Below are positions 9,163-19,630 of a stretch of 64,000 nt of DNA, piece by piece (within the stretch, counting starts at the first letter, position 1; every line of letters starts with the position of its first letter). The position numbers and the translations under genes were made by a program. The notes beneath the pieces were generated by a model. That model worked only from the letters and a program-made list of their open reading frames with translations, had not been told where the DNA came from and did no database searches. The stretch lies in the IMG/VR virus record IMGVR_UViG_3300040801_004532, positions 124,001-188,000 of that record; one strand, written 5' to 3'.

Positions 9163-10017
9163 ATGAATGTAGTTGAACATGTATTTGAAATTGCTGAATC
9201 TTTTATGGAATGCCCAAGAGATGTTGTTATAAATGATTGGCAAATAAATTCTATTTCTAAACAATTAAAAAATTCTCAGAAACCAAAGTTTCCGACACCT
9301 GAAATTAATAACCCATTAGTTGGATGTATTCTTGAATTAACCGCTGCATCTATTAATTATTGTTATTGGTATGGTAAACATAATATTAGACCAGGCGGTT
9401 CGTCATCCACCTTGATGTATGAACTAATGCTTGAAAGTTTTAATGATTTTGAGCCTTGTCTTTACGATTTTAATAGGTGTATCAACAAATTCAAAGAGAC
9501 ATTGGCTTTAAATAGGTTTCCGCTTTTAGAAAAACGATGCCAACATCTAGATGAACTAGTTCAAAATGACGCAGTAGATTATTGCTCTAAAATTATTAAT
9601 GACCATGAATCTATAATGCCACACCTTAATGAATTAATTAGATTATTCCCAGGATTTGCATCAGATATATTTCTAAAGCGAGCCTCCCTATTCTTTATTC
9701 AATTATTTAGGAGATTTGGATGGTTTAATCATGACCTACACAAATTGCACGTACCTGCCGACTATCAAGTCCCAAAAATGCTGGAACATTTTGGCTGTTT
9801 CAGTTACTCACCTGAGCTATACAATAAGATTGAAAACGGACAGTTGATATTAAAAACTTCGTGGGAAGAGTGTGAGATTCGTTCGGCAACTATATTAGCA
9901 ATTAAACAATTATGTATAAACACTGGATGGAATGTTGCAGAAGTTGATGCGTTTTTCTTTCTAAAACGACGGGAAACTCAACGACCATTCCACCTGACTA
10001 TAACAACAGATTACTAG
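9163..10017 (+). CDS. Queuosine salvage-like hydrolase (DUF2419 / Qng1 family)
   Basis: SINYCYW, DIFLKRA.LF, PADYQVPKML, ECEIRSA, C-terminal HLTITTDY. Confidence 0.75.
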   Translation: MNVVEHVFEIAESFMECPRDVVINDWQINSISKQLKNSQKPKFPTPEINNPLVGCILELTAASINYCYWYGKHNIRPGGSSSTLMYELMLESFNDFEPCLYDFNRCINKFKETLALNRFPLLEKRCQHLDELVQNDAVDYCSKIINDHESIMPHLNELIRLFPGFASDIFLKRASLFFIQLFRRFGWFNHDLHKLHVPADYQVPKMLEHFGCFSYSPELYNKIENGQLILKTSWEECEIRSATILAIKQLCINTGWNVAEVDAFFFLKRRETQRPFHLTITTDY

Positions 10018-10028
10018 GAGATTAAAAT

Positions 10029-11759
10029 ATGAAGAAAATTAAGCTGTCTGAAAATGCTCAAGCAGTAGCTGAAAGTAGATATTTTTTAGACGGGGAGGAT
10101 TGGGAAAAATGTTCTCTTCGTGTAGCAAATACAATATCAACTCCAGAAGTAAACAACCGTGATAAAATCAGAGACATGTTTGGAGAAATGATTTACAACA
10201 TGGATGTTCTGCCTGGAGGTAGAATTTTAAGAAATTGTGGAAGACCCAGAGGATCATTATTTAATTGTTATCATCTTCCAATTGGAGATTCAATTGAAGA
10301 AATTGGTCAGTTTATTAAAGACTCTTTAATCCTTTGGTCGGAAGGAGGTGGGGTTGGATGTAATTTTACACCCCTAAGACCAAGGGGCGATACAATTTTA
10401 GGGAAGGGTGGGAAATCTTCTGGTCTTGTTAGTTTTATTGAGGCAGCAGACTCAGTTGCAAATACAATCGAAAGTGGTGGAGCAAGGCGAGCAGCAGCTA
10501 TTGGTCATGTGGATGTTTCTCATCCTGAAGTTATTGATTTCATTGATGCAAAAATTATGCATGGGCGTCTTTCACATTTTAATATTTCAGTTTCAGTAAC
10601 AAATGATTTTTTAGAAAAGGTTGAAACAGACGGCGAATGGACATTTAAATTTAAACAAAAAGATTATAGCACTGTAAAAGCAAGAGATATTTGGAATAAG
10701 ATTGTTTCAAATATGGTTTCGTGTGCTGAACCTGGTTTAATAAATTGGACATATTTTCAGAAGAATAACTCATATTATTTTGAACCTGTACTTGGAACCA
10801 ATCCTTGTGGAGAAACTACACTCGGGCCATATGGTGTTTGTGATCTTGGCTCATTGGTTCTTCCTAATTTCATCACTGGTAACATCAATACAAACTGGAA
10901 AAAACTTGAACTTGCAATTTCATTATTGGTAAGATTTTTAGATAACGTAATTGAGGTTAATAAATACACTTTAAAAGAGATTGATATTAATGCACATAAA
11001 TCCAGACGAATCGGCATTGGGGTAATTGGTCTTGCAGAATATTTATTTGCTAAAAAGGTAAGATATGGTTCAGAAAAGGCGGTAGCCGAAACAGAAAGAC
11101 TAATGAGATTTATCAGAGATGCTGCTTATAAATCATCAGTTGAACTAGCAATTGAAAAGGGAGCATTCCCACAATTTGATCCAGTTCAGTTTGGAAAAGC
11201 ATCATTCGTTAGAAAACTCCCTGCAATGATAAGAAAAGATATTAAGAAATTTGGTATAAGAAATTGTACATTGATGGCACTAGCTCCTACTGGAACAATT
11301 TCATTAATTGCTGATTATACAAGCGCAATTGAACCATTGTTTGCTAAAGCAATGATAAGGAAGGATCGAGTAAGCGAAAGGATGTATATTCATCCGAAAT
11401 TTCAAGAGATGATTTTAAACAATGAAGAAATTCCTGATTGGTTTGTTGACTCATTCGATCTTGAACCAAGAGATCATTTTGAAATGCAAGTTGCGTGTCA
11501 GCGTTATTGTGATGGCTCTGTAAGTAAAACTATTAATCTTCCAAAGGAAACAACCGAAGAAGATTTGAGTTCATTAATGCTTGAATATATTTATGATCTA
11601 AAAGGAGTTACAGTATATCGTGATGGCTCAAGAGAAGGGCAAATCCTAAATAGGGCTACAGAAGAACAAGTTAAGAAACATTTAATGAATGATAAAGCAT
11701 ATGAAGAAAATTTGGAAGTTGAAGATGTAAAATGTGTAAATGGAAAATGTGATCTATGA
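10029..11759 (+). CDS. nrdJ: Ribonucleotide reductase class II (adenosylcobalamin-dependent)
   Basis: PGGRIL..NCY, GGGVG, AEPG, TNPCGE, APTGTIS, SKTINLP, C-terminal CVNGKC; no R2 gene nearby. Confidence 0.9.
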   Translation: MKKIKLSENAQAVAESRYFLDGEDWEKCSLRVANTISTPEVNNRDKIRDMFGEMIYNMDVLPGGRILRNCGRPRGSLFNCYHLPIGDSIEEIGQFIKDSLILWSEGGGVGCNFTPLRPRGDTILGKGGKSSGLVSFIEAADSVANTIESGGARRAAAIGHVDVSHPEVIDFIDAKIMHGRLSHFNISVSVTNDFLEKVETDGEWTFKFKQKDYSTVKARDIWNKIVSNMVSCAEPGLINWTYFQKNNSYYFEPVLGTNPCGETTLGPYGVCDLGSLVLPNFITGNINTNWKKLELAISLLVRFLDNVIEVNKYTLKEIDINAHKSRRIGIGVIGLAEYLFAKKVRYGSEKAVAETERLMRFIRDAAYKSSVELAIEKGAFPQFDPVQFGKASFVRKLPAMIRKDIKKFGIRNCTLMALAPTGTISLIADYTSAIEPLFAKAMIRKDRVSERMYIHPKFQEMILNNEEIPDWFVDSFDLEPRDHFEMQVACQRYCDGSVSKTINLPKETTEEDLSSLMLEYIYDLKGVTVYRDGSREGQILNRATEEQVKKHLMNDKAYEENLEVEDVKCVNGKCDL

Positions 11760-12168
11760 AGGGGGATTAACAATGTCTGAAAAAATAGCTCAATTAAAAG
11801 TTTGGTTAAATAACCTTATATTTCCAGGAAAATTTGATAACTTCATTGAAGTATTGAAGGAGTATGAAAACGACGACGAGACTTTTTTGAATCTTTGTTT
11901 TTATACAGAAGAACATCAATATTTCATACGAGCAATTGATAAAAAAGGCGACGATGGATATTTGGGATGCATGGCTTCTTGTAGAAAACCAAGGGCGGGC
12001 GAAGACTGGACAAGAGGTAATGATCTCCCCGATGGACCTTTCAATGAGGAAACTTGGCGTGATATTGTAAGAGCAATTGTAAGATATGAAATAGTTAAGC
12101 TTTCTGATTTTAGAAGACAAGATCAAATTCCAGATGAAGTTATTGAAGATAATAGTAAGGAGGACTAA
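11740..12168 (+). CDS. Hypothetical protein (start probably the internal MSEK)
   Basis: ORF with GYLGC..GEDWTRGNDLPDG motif. Confidence 0.5.
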   Translation: MENVIYEGGLTMSEKIAQLKVWLNNLIFPGKFDNFIEVLKEYENDDETFLNLCFYTEEHQYFIRAIDKKGDDGYLGCMASCRKPRAGEDWTRGNDLPDGPFNEETWRDIVRAIVRYEIVKLSDFRRQDQIPDEVIEDNSKED

Positions 12169-12170
12169 AT

Positions 12171-12386
12171 ATGACAATGATTTTAGAAGCTGGGCAAATT
12201 TGTCCTTATGGGAACGTTTGCCCATATAACAACAATTCTGTAATGTCTGGTCCCTGTTATGGTACTGTGGGCAGCAGAGAATCAAGATTTATTTGTGACT
12301 TTGTTGTAAATGGAAAAATTGTTGAAGGTAATGGAGTAAGGTTACCCGAAGATAAAACTGGGAGAATGAAAATCATTACAGAATAA
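12171..12386 (+). CDS. Small Cys-rich hypothetical protein
   Basis: RBS GGAGG; CPY..CPY..C..C. Confidence 0.5.
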   Translation: MTMILEAGQICPYGNVCPYNNNSVMSGPCYGTVGSRESRFICDFVVNGKIVEGNGVRLPEDKTGRMKIITE

Positions 12387-12426
12387 TTTTTTTTGGAACA
12401 AAATAATGAGTAAATCAATATAGGTT

Positions 12427-12909
12427 GTGAGGTATAATATGGAATTAAATGAAGAATATATTCATGAGCAAGAAGAAAAAATCGACGCTCTGTTAGGTGA
12501 ATTTGAGTTACATCGTAATGAGATAAAGAAAATGATTAGCGAACTTGAAGACATTAGAAATAAAATTGATACGTTGATACCAACGTCTATTGATAAAAGA
12601 TACGTTAGATTTTTTGAAGAGAAGGTTAAATCTCTAACTAGCTTCTTTAATTCTTTACTAGAAATGAGAAAAGAAATTGCTAAAAGCGTTAAAGATGAAA
12701 TTGAAATTCGACGTAGAATTTCAAGAAGTGAAGATAAGTTAATTGATGTTGAAGATATGCTAGATGTAAGAAGCTTTGCAAATAAAATTGAAGAATTTAA
12801 AGGGGAGACAATTAATCTTAAAAAGAAAAGAAAAGAAAAATTTGGGAAACAGAAAATTGATCCTGAGATTGACATCCCTGGTTTAACAGGTGAAAATGAG
12901 GGGGTATAA
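12427..12909 (+). CDS. Coiled-coil hypothetical protein
   Basis: Charged heptad-rich ORF coupled to the recombinase gene. Confidence 0.5.
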   Translation: MRYNMELNEEYIHEQEEKIDALLGEFELHRNEIKKMISELEDIRNKIDTLIPTSIDKRYVRFFEEKVKSLTSFFNSLLEMRKEIAKSVKDEIEIRRRISRSEDKLIDVEDMLDVRSFANKIEEFKGETINLKKKRKEKFGKQKIDPEIDIPGLTGENEGV

Positions 12910-14174
12910 TGACTGAAGAAGAAAAAGAAATTGGTGTCGGCGAAGATCTAGAAGGAGATGAAGTTCCTGAGGTTGAAATAGATCCCGACGAGGTTTTAAA
13001 AAGCGTATCTATTGATGTTGATGATGATGAACCACCTCCAAAGGACGATACCGCAAAGGAAAAAAAGAAAAATAAGGTAAAGGCCGAAGTTAAAGAAGTA
13101 GATGAGAATGAAAAAATATCTCAAGAGTTATTTAATGAGTTTAGTTCATTCCTTGAAACAAAAGCTGATATTAAACCTGACCGAGGTGTAAAAGATACAA
13201 TCCCAACAGGAATAGATCTTGTTGATGCAATTCTTGGTGGCGGGTTTGCCGTTGGAGCATTGAATATTGTTGTTGGGCAACCGGGAAGCGGAAAAACAAT
13301 GATCGCCATGCAAAGTCTCGGTCAAGGTCAGAGACAATTCAATGGTAAAATGTTGGGGGGTGTTTTAGATTCAGAAGAAGCAACAACAAAACTAAGGTTG
13401 GCAAATTTAGGTGTAAGACATCCGCCATTGACTCCATACGCTGATATAACCGTTGAGAAAGTCTTTAAATTTGTTGAGGGGTTATGTGTTTTCAAGAAAC
13501 AAAAAGATATTGTTGATACCCCTTCAATGGTTGTATGGGATAGTATTGCAAATACCCTATCACAAAAGGAACGAGAGACAGACGATCCAAACACAGTTAT
13601 TGGTTATAAAGCAAGATTGCTTTCTATCTTGATTCCAAAATATGTTGCTAAATGTGCTCAACATAATATTTGTTTCCTTGCAGTAAATCAACTTAGAGAT
13701 GTTTTGGCGATGGGTCAATTCGCTCCAGCAAGAGATTTAAAATTTATGAGTTCAACAAAGGATATGCCCGGGGGAAACGTATTGAAGTTTAACGCATTTC
13801 AATTAATTGAGATGAAAGTTAAATCTGCAATTGTTGGAGAAAATGCAGCAAAATATGGTTTCGAAGGTATTATCTCAAAAATCAAATGTGTAAAAAATAA
13901 ATTATTCCCACCAAATATTGAAATTGAAATTGTTGGTTCTTTTACAAGTGGGTTTTCAAATTTCTGGACGAATTATAACTTTTTGGCAACATCAAAACGG
14001 TTGAATACCGGGGCATGGAATTATTTGGTTTCATTACCTGATAAGAAATTTCGTACCAAAGATGCACCAAGCCTTTATAAAAATGACGAAGAGTTTAAAA
14101 AGGCGTTTGATGAAGCAGCAAAAGAAGCTATACAAAGCGAAATTATTGACAAATACAATCCAGCGGTTGACTAA
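12909..14174 (+). CDS. uvsX: RecA/UvsX-like recombinase with acidic N-terminal extension
   Basis: IPTGIDLVDAILGGG, Walker A GQPGSGKT, LDSE, VWDSIA, VNQLRD, PGGNVLKF, VKNK. Confidence 0.85.
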   Translation: MTEEEKEIGVGEDLEGDEVPEVEIDPDEVLKSVSIDVDDDEPPPKDDTAKEKKKNKVKAEVKEVDENEKISQELFNEFSSFLETKADIKPDRGVKDTIPTGIDLVDAILGGGFAVGALNIVVGQPGSGKTMIAMQSLGQGQRQFNGKMLGGVLDSEEATTKLRLANLGVRHPPLTPYADITVEKVFKFVEGLCVFKKQKDIVDTPSMVVWDSIANTLSQKERETDDPNTVIGYKARLLSILIPKYVAKCAQHNICFLAVNQLRDVLAMGQFAPARDLKFMSSTKDMPGGNVLKFNAFQLIEMKVKSAIVGENAAKYGFEGIISKIKCVKNKLFPPNIEIEIVGSFTSGFSNFWTNYNFLATSKRLNTGAWNYLVSLPDKKFRTKDAPSLYKNDEEFKKAFDEAAKEAIQSEIIDKYNPAVD

Positions 14175-14234
14175 TATTAATCTAGAATTAGAACAAATAA
14201 AAAATATAGTTAAACATGGAATTTTAAAAAGAAA

Positions 14235-14546
14235 ATGGAGAAGGAGAAAACTACCATGAGCGGAATGTCAGATCTACTTCGGGACTATGTTGAGGAAACA
14301 ACCAAGAAAATAGTTGATAAACCAGATGATGTTGAAATCGGTTCATCTGTATCAACGAAGGCAATAATTTTACAGATTAAGGTTGCTCAAAGCGATTGTG
14401 GTAAAATTATTGGCAAACGCGGAAGAACAATTGATGCGTTAAAGGTTCTGTGTTTAGCCATTAAAAACACAAATTTTCCAGAGGACTCAAGACGAGTTAT
14501 GCTTGAAGTCCTAGAAGACGAAGACAGTAGTTTTTCGTATAAATAA
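14235..14546 (+). CDS. khpA: KH-domain RNA-binding protein (KhpA/UPF0109-like)
   Basis: IVDKPDDVEI...V..SDCGKIIGKRGRTIDAL (GxxG loop). Confidence 0.8.
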   Translation: MEKEKTTMSGMSDLLRDYVEETTKKIVDKPDDVEIGSSVSTKAIILQIKVAQSDCGKIIGKRGRTIDALKVLCLAIKNTNFPEDSRRVMLEVLEDEDSSFSYK

Positions 14547-15130
14547 TGGGAGGAAACTCAAAAATGTTATCAAAGGAAAGTAAAATTAGAGTCCTAGAAA
14601 ACTTCTACGGTGTTGACTATGTTCTCTTGGGCAAACCTGTGGGGAAAGTACAGAATTGTTGCCCGATTGTAAAGGAAGAGTATATCTCAATTAAGGGTGC
14701 TTTACTTTCTGTATTTGTTGAAATGTTGAGACTGATGGATCATTCTCCACAAAAACTGAAAGAAAAAGTAAATTCTTCAGACTTAAGAAGAATCGCAAAA
14801 GAGAACGCAAAGGTTTCTAGACTCGCTTCTAAAAAGATTGTAACGACAGAGCAAGCTAGACAGGATATTAAGGGAGAATTGAAAGCAGCTTTGACCGAAA
14901 ATAAAAAAGCTGACATTGCTTCCTTAGTCGAAACAAAAATCCGGGAGAAAGCTTTTAGGTTGGCAGTTGATCACCTATTGATTGCCAGAGCTTTAAATGA
15001 AGCCAAAAATTTGGAATCTATGAATGACTGGACAGGAAGGATCGTTGAAGATTCGTATAAGATTTTAAGAGACAGTCTATGCGAAACTGCAATGATGCTT
15101 TTAGACGATGAGGAACCAACAGATAACTAA
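14546..15130 (+). CDS. Hypothetical helical protein
   Basis: 194-aa coupled ORF. Confidence 0.5.
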   Translation: MGGNSKMLSKESKIRVLENFYGVDYVLLGKPVGKVQNCCPIVKEEYISIKGALLSVFVEMLRLMDHSPQKLKEKVNSSDLRRIAKENAKVSRLASKKIVTTEQARQDIKGELKAALTENKKADIASLVETKIREKAFRLAVDHLLIARALNEAKNLESMNDWTGRIVEDSYKILRDSLCETAMMLLDDEEPTDN

Positions 15131-16058
15131 TGAGTATCAACAACTATTAGATTATCTTACAGCTCAAGAAAAACCTAAAAGAAAACCGCCTGTCAAGGAA
15201 AAGAAAGCGAAAAAGGAAGCGAACTCTGTAGAAATAAAAAAGCTCATTGAAGAATCAAAAATTCATAGCTTTGTACCCGGTCAAACGGAAATTATGCCGG
15301 CATCAGATGGGTTTACGGTCAGAAGATTTGAATCTATGATGCGGGCTAAATTGATTGAAGAACATAAAAAAGTCCAAAGTTATGAAAGACCATATATTTC
15401 TGTTACTGAACTGATTGGTTGTGTCAGACAATCATTTTATGTTAGATTAAGATATCCTGTTGATCTAACCAAAATGTATCAGTACCCATATCTATATTTA
15501 ATTCAAAAGATTGGGAATAGAATACACGAGGTTATACAGGAGTTATACGATTTTGAAGAAATTGAAAAAACAGTTGTAAGCGAACGATTCAAAGTTAAGG
15601 GGAGAGTTGATGGGATACGTGAAAATTTTATAATTGAGTTAAAGAGCATTGATACAAAGAAATTCGATAACAAGTATCAACCAGAACATTTTTTGCAAGC
15701 TGACATCTATGCTTACATACTTAATACTGAATACGATTATAAAATCAGGACTGTTACAATAGTTTATGTTACTAGAGATTTAAAAAGAATTGTAGCATTT
15801 GATTTGCCTTATGATGAAAAATTGGCAGAAGCGATTTTAAGTCGTGCACCCATCTTATTATCTTCCCTGAAAACCTCACAAGTTCCCGATCCATTTGGTT
15901 CTACTAAAGAGCACTGTAAATATTGCCTTTTTAAAGAACGATGTAAAAACGATAAGGGAAACGAGGTCTTGCCACCATTTATGAGAAAGAAAAAACAAAA
16001 AGAAGAACCAACCAAAGAAAATAAAAAAGACAATAAGAAAACGGCCTTTTTACTATAA
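15108..16058 (+). CDS. Cas4-like PD-(D/E)xK exonuclease with probable Fe-S cluster
   Basis: SVTELIGCVRQ, GNRIHE, GRVDG, IELKS, Q..IY, C-terminal CKYC....C. Confidence 0.75.
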   Translation: MRNQQITNEYQQLLDYLTAQEKPKRKPPVKEKKAKKEANSVEIKKLIEESKIHSFVPGQTEIMPASDGFTVRRFESMMRAKLIEEHKKVQSYERPYISVTELIGCVRQSFYVRLRYPVDLTKMYQYPYLYLIQKIGNRIHEVIQELYDFEEIEKTVVSERFKVKGRVDGIRENFIIELKSIDTKKFDNKYQPEHFLQADIYAYILNTEYDYKIRTVTIVYVTRDLKRIVAFDLPYDEKLAEAILSRAPILLSSLKTSQVPDPFGSTKEHCKYCLFKERCKNDKGNEVLPPFMRKKKQKEEPTKENKKDNKKTAFLL

Positions 16059-16072
16059 CGGGGGAAAAGTTA

Positions 16073-17047
16073 ATGGTTATCATTTTTCCGATGCTGGTTT
16101 CTGAAGCTGTTTCTGAAAACTCAATACCAGCCATTGCAAAGACAGTTGAGGTATATCTCATAGGTAATGAGATGGATAGAATTATTAATCACCCCGACTT
16201 TGAGCAAAAAACCAATCTCAACTATAAGATAAAAGGGGGAGAAATAGTTGCTGAGCAGGGTGGACCTCCTGGGGCAACATCTGGGACAAAGAAACGAAGC
16301 CCTCAGTCACCGGCGTCCCCCCCAACACCAGCAGAAAAGGATACTGAGGAGAAAGATAAAAAAGCAACAGCCAAAATTACAGTCAGTGATTATAAAAGTA
16401 TTTCGTTGGAACCAACAACTATAACAATTAATGTTAAAGATCAACCTTATCGTCATATTGGTATAAAGGTTTTACCTCTAAGGGTTGAATCAGATGTTCG
16501 TCTATCACATCTAATCTTATATGATTATCATTTAAACTATTTTAATGCTAAAATAGTTTCTATTGGGCGATCTGTTATGAGATTTATTTGGAGGATGACT
16601 GACAGATGGGCAAAGAAATTGAGAATAGGAGAATTAACCCCCACTGGTGATCCAAGGAAAGATGTTCTAATGGGAAGAAGCGGACACAAAGGTCCTGCTT
16701 TTATCGTTCTAAACAAGTCAGAAGATATTGATGATGTATTTCTTAAAAATTATAAGAAGCTTCGTCGACTTTCAAAAATGGGATGGGGTAATTTTATCAT
16801 AGCTGATGATATAAACAGAATTGCATACTTTTGCATGGAAGAATTTAAAGGGGTCTGTAATGTCATTAGTTACGAGATGATGTATAATAAACTAGGACAA
16901 TTGAAGGTTTATGAATCTTTAGAGGATGCCAAAAAGAAAAGTAATTCGCTTTTCAAAGTCAGACAAAGATTTTCAAAAGTTATTGGGGAGTGGATTGCTA
17001 ATGATAAATTATCTAAATATAGCAATTTACAAGAGAGGATTAAATAA
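16073..17047 (+). CDS. Hypothetical protein, possibly virion-associated
   Basis: 324-aa ORF upstream of the baseplate cluster; Pro-rich linker. Confidence 0.45.
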   Translation: MVIIFPMLVSEAVSENSIPAIAKTVEVYLIGNEMDRIINHPDFEQKTNLNYKIKGGEIVAEQGGPPGATSGTKKRSPQSPASPPTPAEKDTEEKDKKATAKITVSDYKSISLEPTTITINVKDQPYRHIGIKVLPLRVESDVRLSHLILYDYHLNYFNAKIVSIGRSVMRFIWRMTDRWAKKLRIGELTPTGDPRKDVLMGRSGHKGPAFIVLNKSEDIDDVFLKNYKKLRRLSKMGWGNFIIADDINRIAYFCMEEFKGVCNVISYEMMYNKLGQLKVYESLEDAKKKSNSLFKVRQRFSKVIGEWIANDKLSKYSNLQERIK

Positions 17048-17700
17048 TGGATCTATTAAATGAATATATTTCAAATTTATATATTAGTGATGAATTAAAT
17101 AATCTTAATGAATTTGAAATCGAAAAAATAATGAAAAAGTTAATGCCTAAATCTAGGGGAATTTCATTAACCAACGAATTAATTAGTGCAGCCAATAATA
17201 AAGATCCAAAATCTATATTAACAATTGCTAATAAACTGGGAATAAAGAAAGTTAAGCAAAATACAATAGATGAGATTGGAAGTAAATCTGTAGATAATTA
17301 TCAAGAAAAGAAAGAACTTGCAATAAAAGTTCTTAAAAATTCCTTACGGGCAAAACCAAAAATTATTGAAGCGGCAGCGGCAACTTTAGCTTTTGCTAGC
17401 ATGATCAAACGACGGGGCGAAACTATAGATGATAATAGACGATTAAAATTGCTATTGAAAGACGTGGTTGAAAAGGCAAGGTCATTTTATGATGAAGAAG
17501 AAACGGAAGATCAAAAAACAAGGCAAGCAATTTCTTCTGATTGGGTTGTAGCTTGGGCAACAATAACTGTTACAACAGCTCTTCTGGGTTCCGTTCTTGT
17601 TTTAATTTATCTATTCTGGCCATTTGTTTTAGGAATTTTTCTTGGTATAATTTTGCTTGTGACATTCTTGGTTATAGGTAAGATTGTAGGACCAAAATAG
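17047..17700 (+). CDS. Hypothetical protein with C-terminal transmembrane hairpin
   Basis: Long hydrophobic C-terminus. Confidence 0.55.
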   Translation: MDLLNEYISNLYISDELNNLNEFEIEKIMKKLMPKSRGISLTNELISAANNKDPKSILTIANKLGIKKVKQNTIDEIGSKSVDNYQEKKELAIKVLKNSLRAKPKIIEAAAATLAFASMIKRRGETIDDNRRLKLLLKDVVEKARSFYDEEETEDQKTRQAISSDWVVAWATITVTTALLGSVLVLIYLFWPFVLGIFLGIILLVTFLVIGKIVGPK

Positions 17701-17711
17701 AGAGGGTTATA

Positions 17712-18335
17712 ATGAAAACAATTGAGATAAATCCATCTGAAGTTAAATCCAATGTTGAAAACTTAGAGTTATATAGTGATGCATACCCATTTCGCCTTTC
17801 TCTAAGAATCAAAAATTTTGAAAATGAGGCTGAATATAAAAAGTTTGTTAAAAACTGTGAGATGTTAGTTCGTCGTTGTAATGAATATAGATTATGGAAA
17901 AATTATATAATTGAGGTTCTACAAATTAATGAGTGTATGGTAACCCACGAAACATGCGAGGAAGTTTCAATTGAGGTTCATCATCACATTCCATCAATGT
18001 TTACTCTCGTTTCGGCAATAGTAAATAAGAAGATTGAAACAGATGAAGAATTTTGCGGTTTTGATATTGCGTACGAAGCAATTGAGCTTCATTTTAAAAA
18101 TAAGGTTGGTTATGTTACTTTAATCAAATCTATGCATGAAAAATTCCACAATGGATATCTAACCATTCCAGTAAGTTTTGTTAAGGGTGACTATAAATAT
18201 TTTATGGAAAACTATGGTAGATATTTAGATGAAACAGATATTGATACAATAAATTCAAGATTAGCAATAAATGAAAGTAACTGTACATGGAGTAAAGATG
18301 ACTATCCAGTAGCAGCGTCAGGGAGTTCTAGTTAA
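17712..18335 (+). CDS. Hypothetical protein with HNH-like His motifs
   Basis: IEVHHHIP ... MHEKFHNG. Confidence 0.4.
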   Translation: MKTIEINPSEVKSNVENLELYSDAYPFRLSLRIKNFENEAEYKKFVKNCEMLVRRCNEYRLWKNYIIEVLQINECMVTHETCEEVSIEVHHHIPSMFTLVSAIVNKKIETDEEFCGFDIAYEAIELHFKNKVGYVTLIKSMHEKFHNGYLTIPVSFVKGDYKYFMENYGRYLDETDIDTINSRLAINESNCTWSKDDYPVAASGSSS

Positions 18336-18727
18336 TGGCGATTTTTATAGATGAAGAAGCCATACGAGGATTACAATCTCCATTAGACATAGAAAAGTTT
18401 GGAGAACGATTTAAAACCATAAATGAGTATTATTCGTTTCCGGATCCAAATCTTGTAGCAATTGATAGAAATCTTTATTATCTTTTACGTCACTCAGAAG
18501 AAGTTCCCTTTGAATCAAAATATAGATATAGACCAGATTATATGAGTGCTGACTATTACGGAACTACTATCCTATGGGAACTTTTGATGTATGTAAATAA
18601 TATTTTTTCGTTAGAAGATTTTGACCTGGAAACGATTATTGTTCCTTCACTCGATGCAATAATATTTACAATTCAAGACCAGTTTCCAAGAGAAGACGTC
18701 GATGATTTAAAAGCTATTGAATGGTAA
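18335..18727 (+). CDS. Baseplate wedge protein (gp53 / LysM-like)
   Basis: YRPDYMSADYYG...LWELLMYVN. Confidence 0.65.
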   Translation: MAIFIDEEAIRGLQSPLDIEKFGERFKTINEYYSFPDPNLVAIDRNLYYLLRHSEEVPFESKYRYRPDYMSADYYGTTILWELLMYVNNIFSLEDFDLETIIVPSLDAIIFTIQDQFPREDVDDLKAIEW

Positions 18728-18739
18728 TGAGGAATCATA

Positions 18740-19630
18740 ATGGTAATAAAAGATAAGTTTAGATTGGTAACCAATGCCCCCAATATCCTCAACCTTTCGT
18801 CGTCAATAATCAATGCAAATTCAATAGAAGAAAATAATCCAAGACATGTTTTTGCAGTTTTGGAATTGAAAAAGAAAAGTATAAACCATTTTACAAGCAA
18901 AAAGATTTTTAATTTAATCGGGGATGTAAATCGACGAGACTCAATTCAGGTTGTAAGATTGGATGAGTATCCATTACATGTTTCATATAACAGACCAACA
19001 AAGGGACTTCTTATCAATTTAAAACTGTTTGATATTGATGAAGTATCAAATATGAACCCAAACGATTTATATGCTTCATTAACATATGCTTATGCTTTTT
19101 CTCTTTTGGTTAACAAAAAATTCAAGATATCTGAAGCATATGCAAAACCAATAATCGACTATATGCTTTCATTTTATATTCAGGTTTTTGGAAAGGAATA
19201 TGGTCTTGTTGGGATATATGCATCTGGTATACCAAAATTAAAATTCTTGATTGCTTGTTATATACTTTCGTCATATTTTGGTTACCCAACAAACAAGAAT
19301 TTATTTAATAAGGTCTCGTCCTTAGCACCATATTCATATTCGGAAGAATATGGAGATCTGTTAAGATATGATTTTAGCAAGGTCGAAGATTTTATAAAAG
19401 CATTATCAGAATTGAAGGTAATGCCTGGATTGTCAGTTACAAAATTTACTTCAAAACTGTACAGATTTTTTGGAATAAATATACTTCCTGCGATTGAGGA
19501 TTGTTCTAGATTTTTCTGTACAATTTTAACATCAAGCATATCTGGAAATAGTATGGTACCAAAATTCTTATTTAAATATAATGAAAGCAAATATCATACC
19601 CTAATTGATATTACCCGGAGGATGTTTTAA
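18740..19630 (+). CDS. Hypothetical protein
   Basis: 296-aa ORF in the structural operon. Confidence 0.5.
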   Translation: MVIKDKFRLVTNAPNILNLSSSIINANSIEENNPRHVFAVLELKKKSINHFTSKKIFNLIGDVNRRDSIQVVRLDEYPLHVSYNRPTKGLLINLKLFDIDEVSNMNPNDLYASLTYAYAFSLLVNKKFKISEAYAKPIIDYMLSFYIQVFGKEYGLVGIYASGIPKLKFLIACYILSSYFGYPTNKNLFNKVSSLAPYSYSEEYGDLLRYDFSKVEDFIKALSELKVMPGLSVTKFTSKLYRFFGINILPAIEDCSRFFCTILTSSISGNSMVPKFLFKYNESKYHTLIDITRRMF

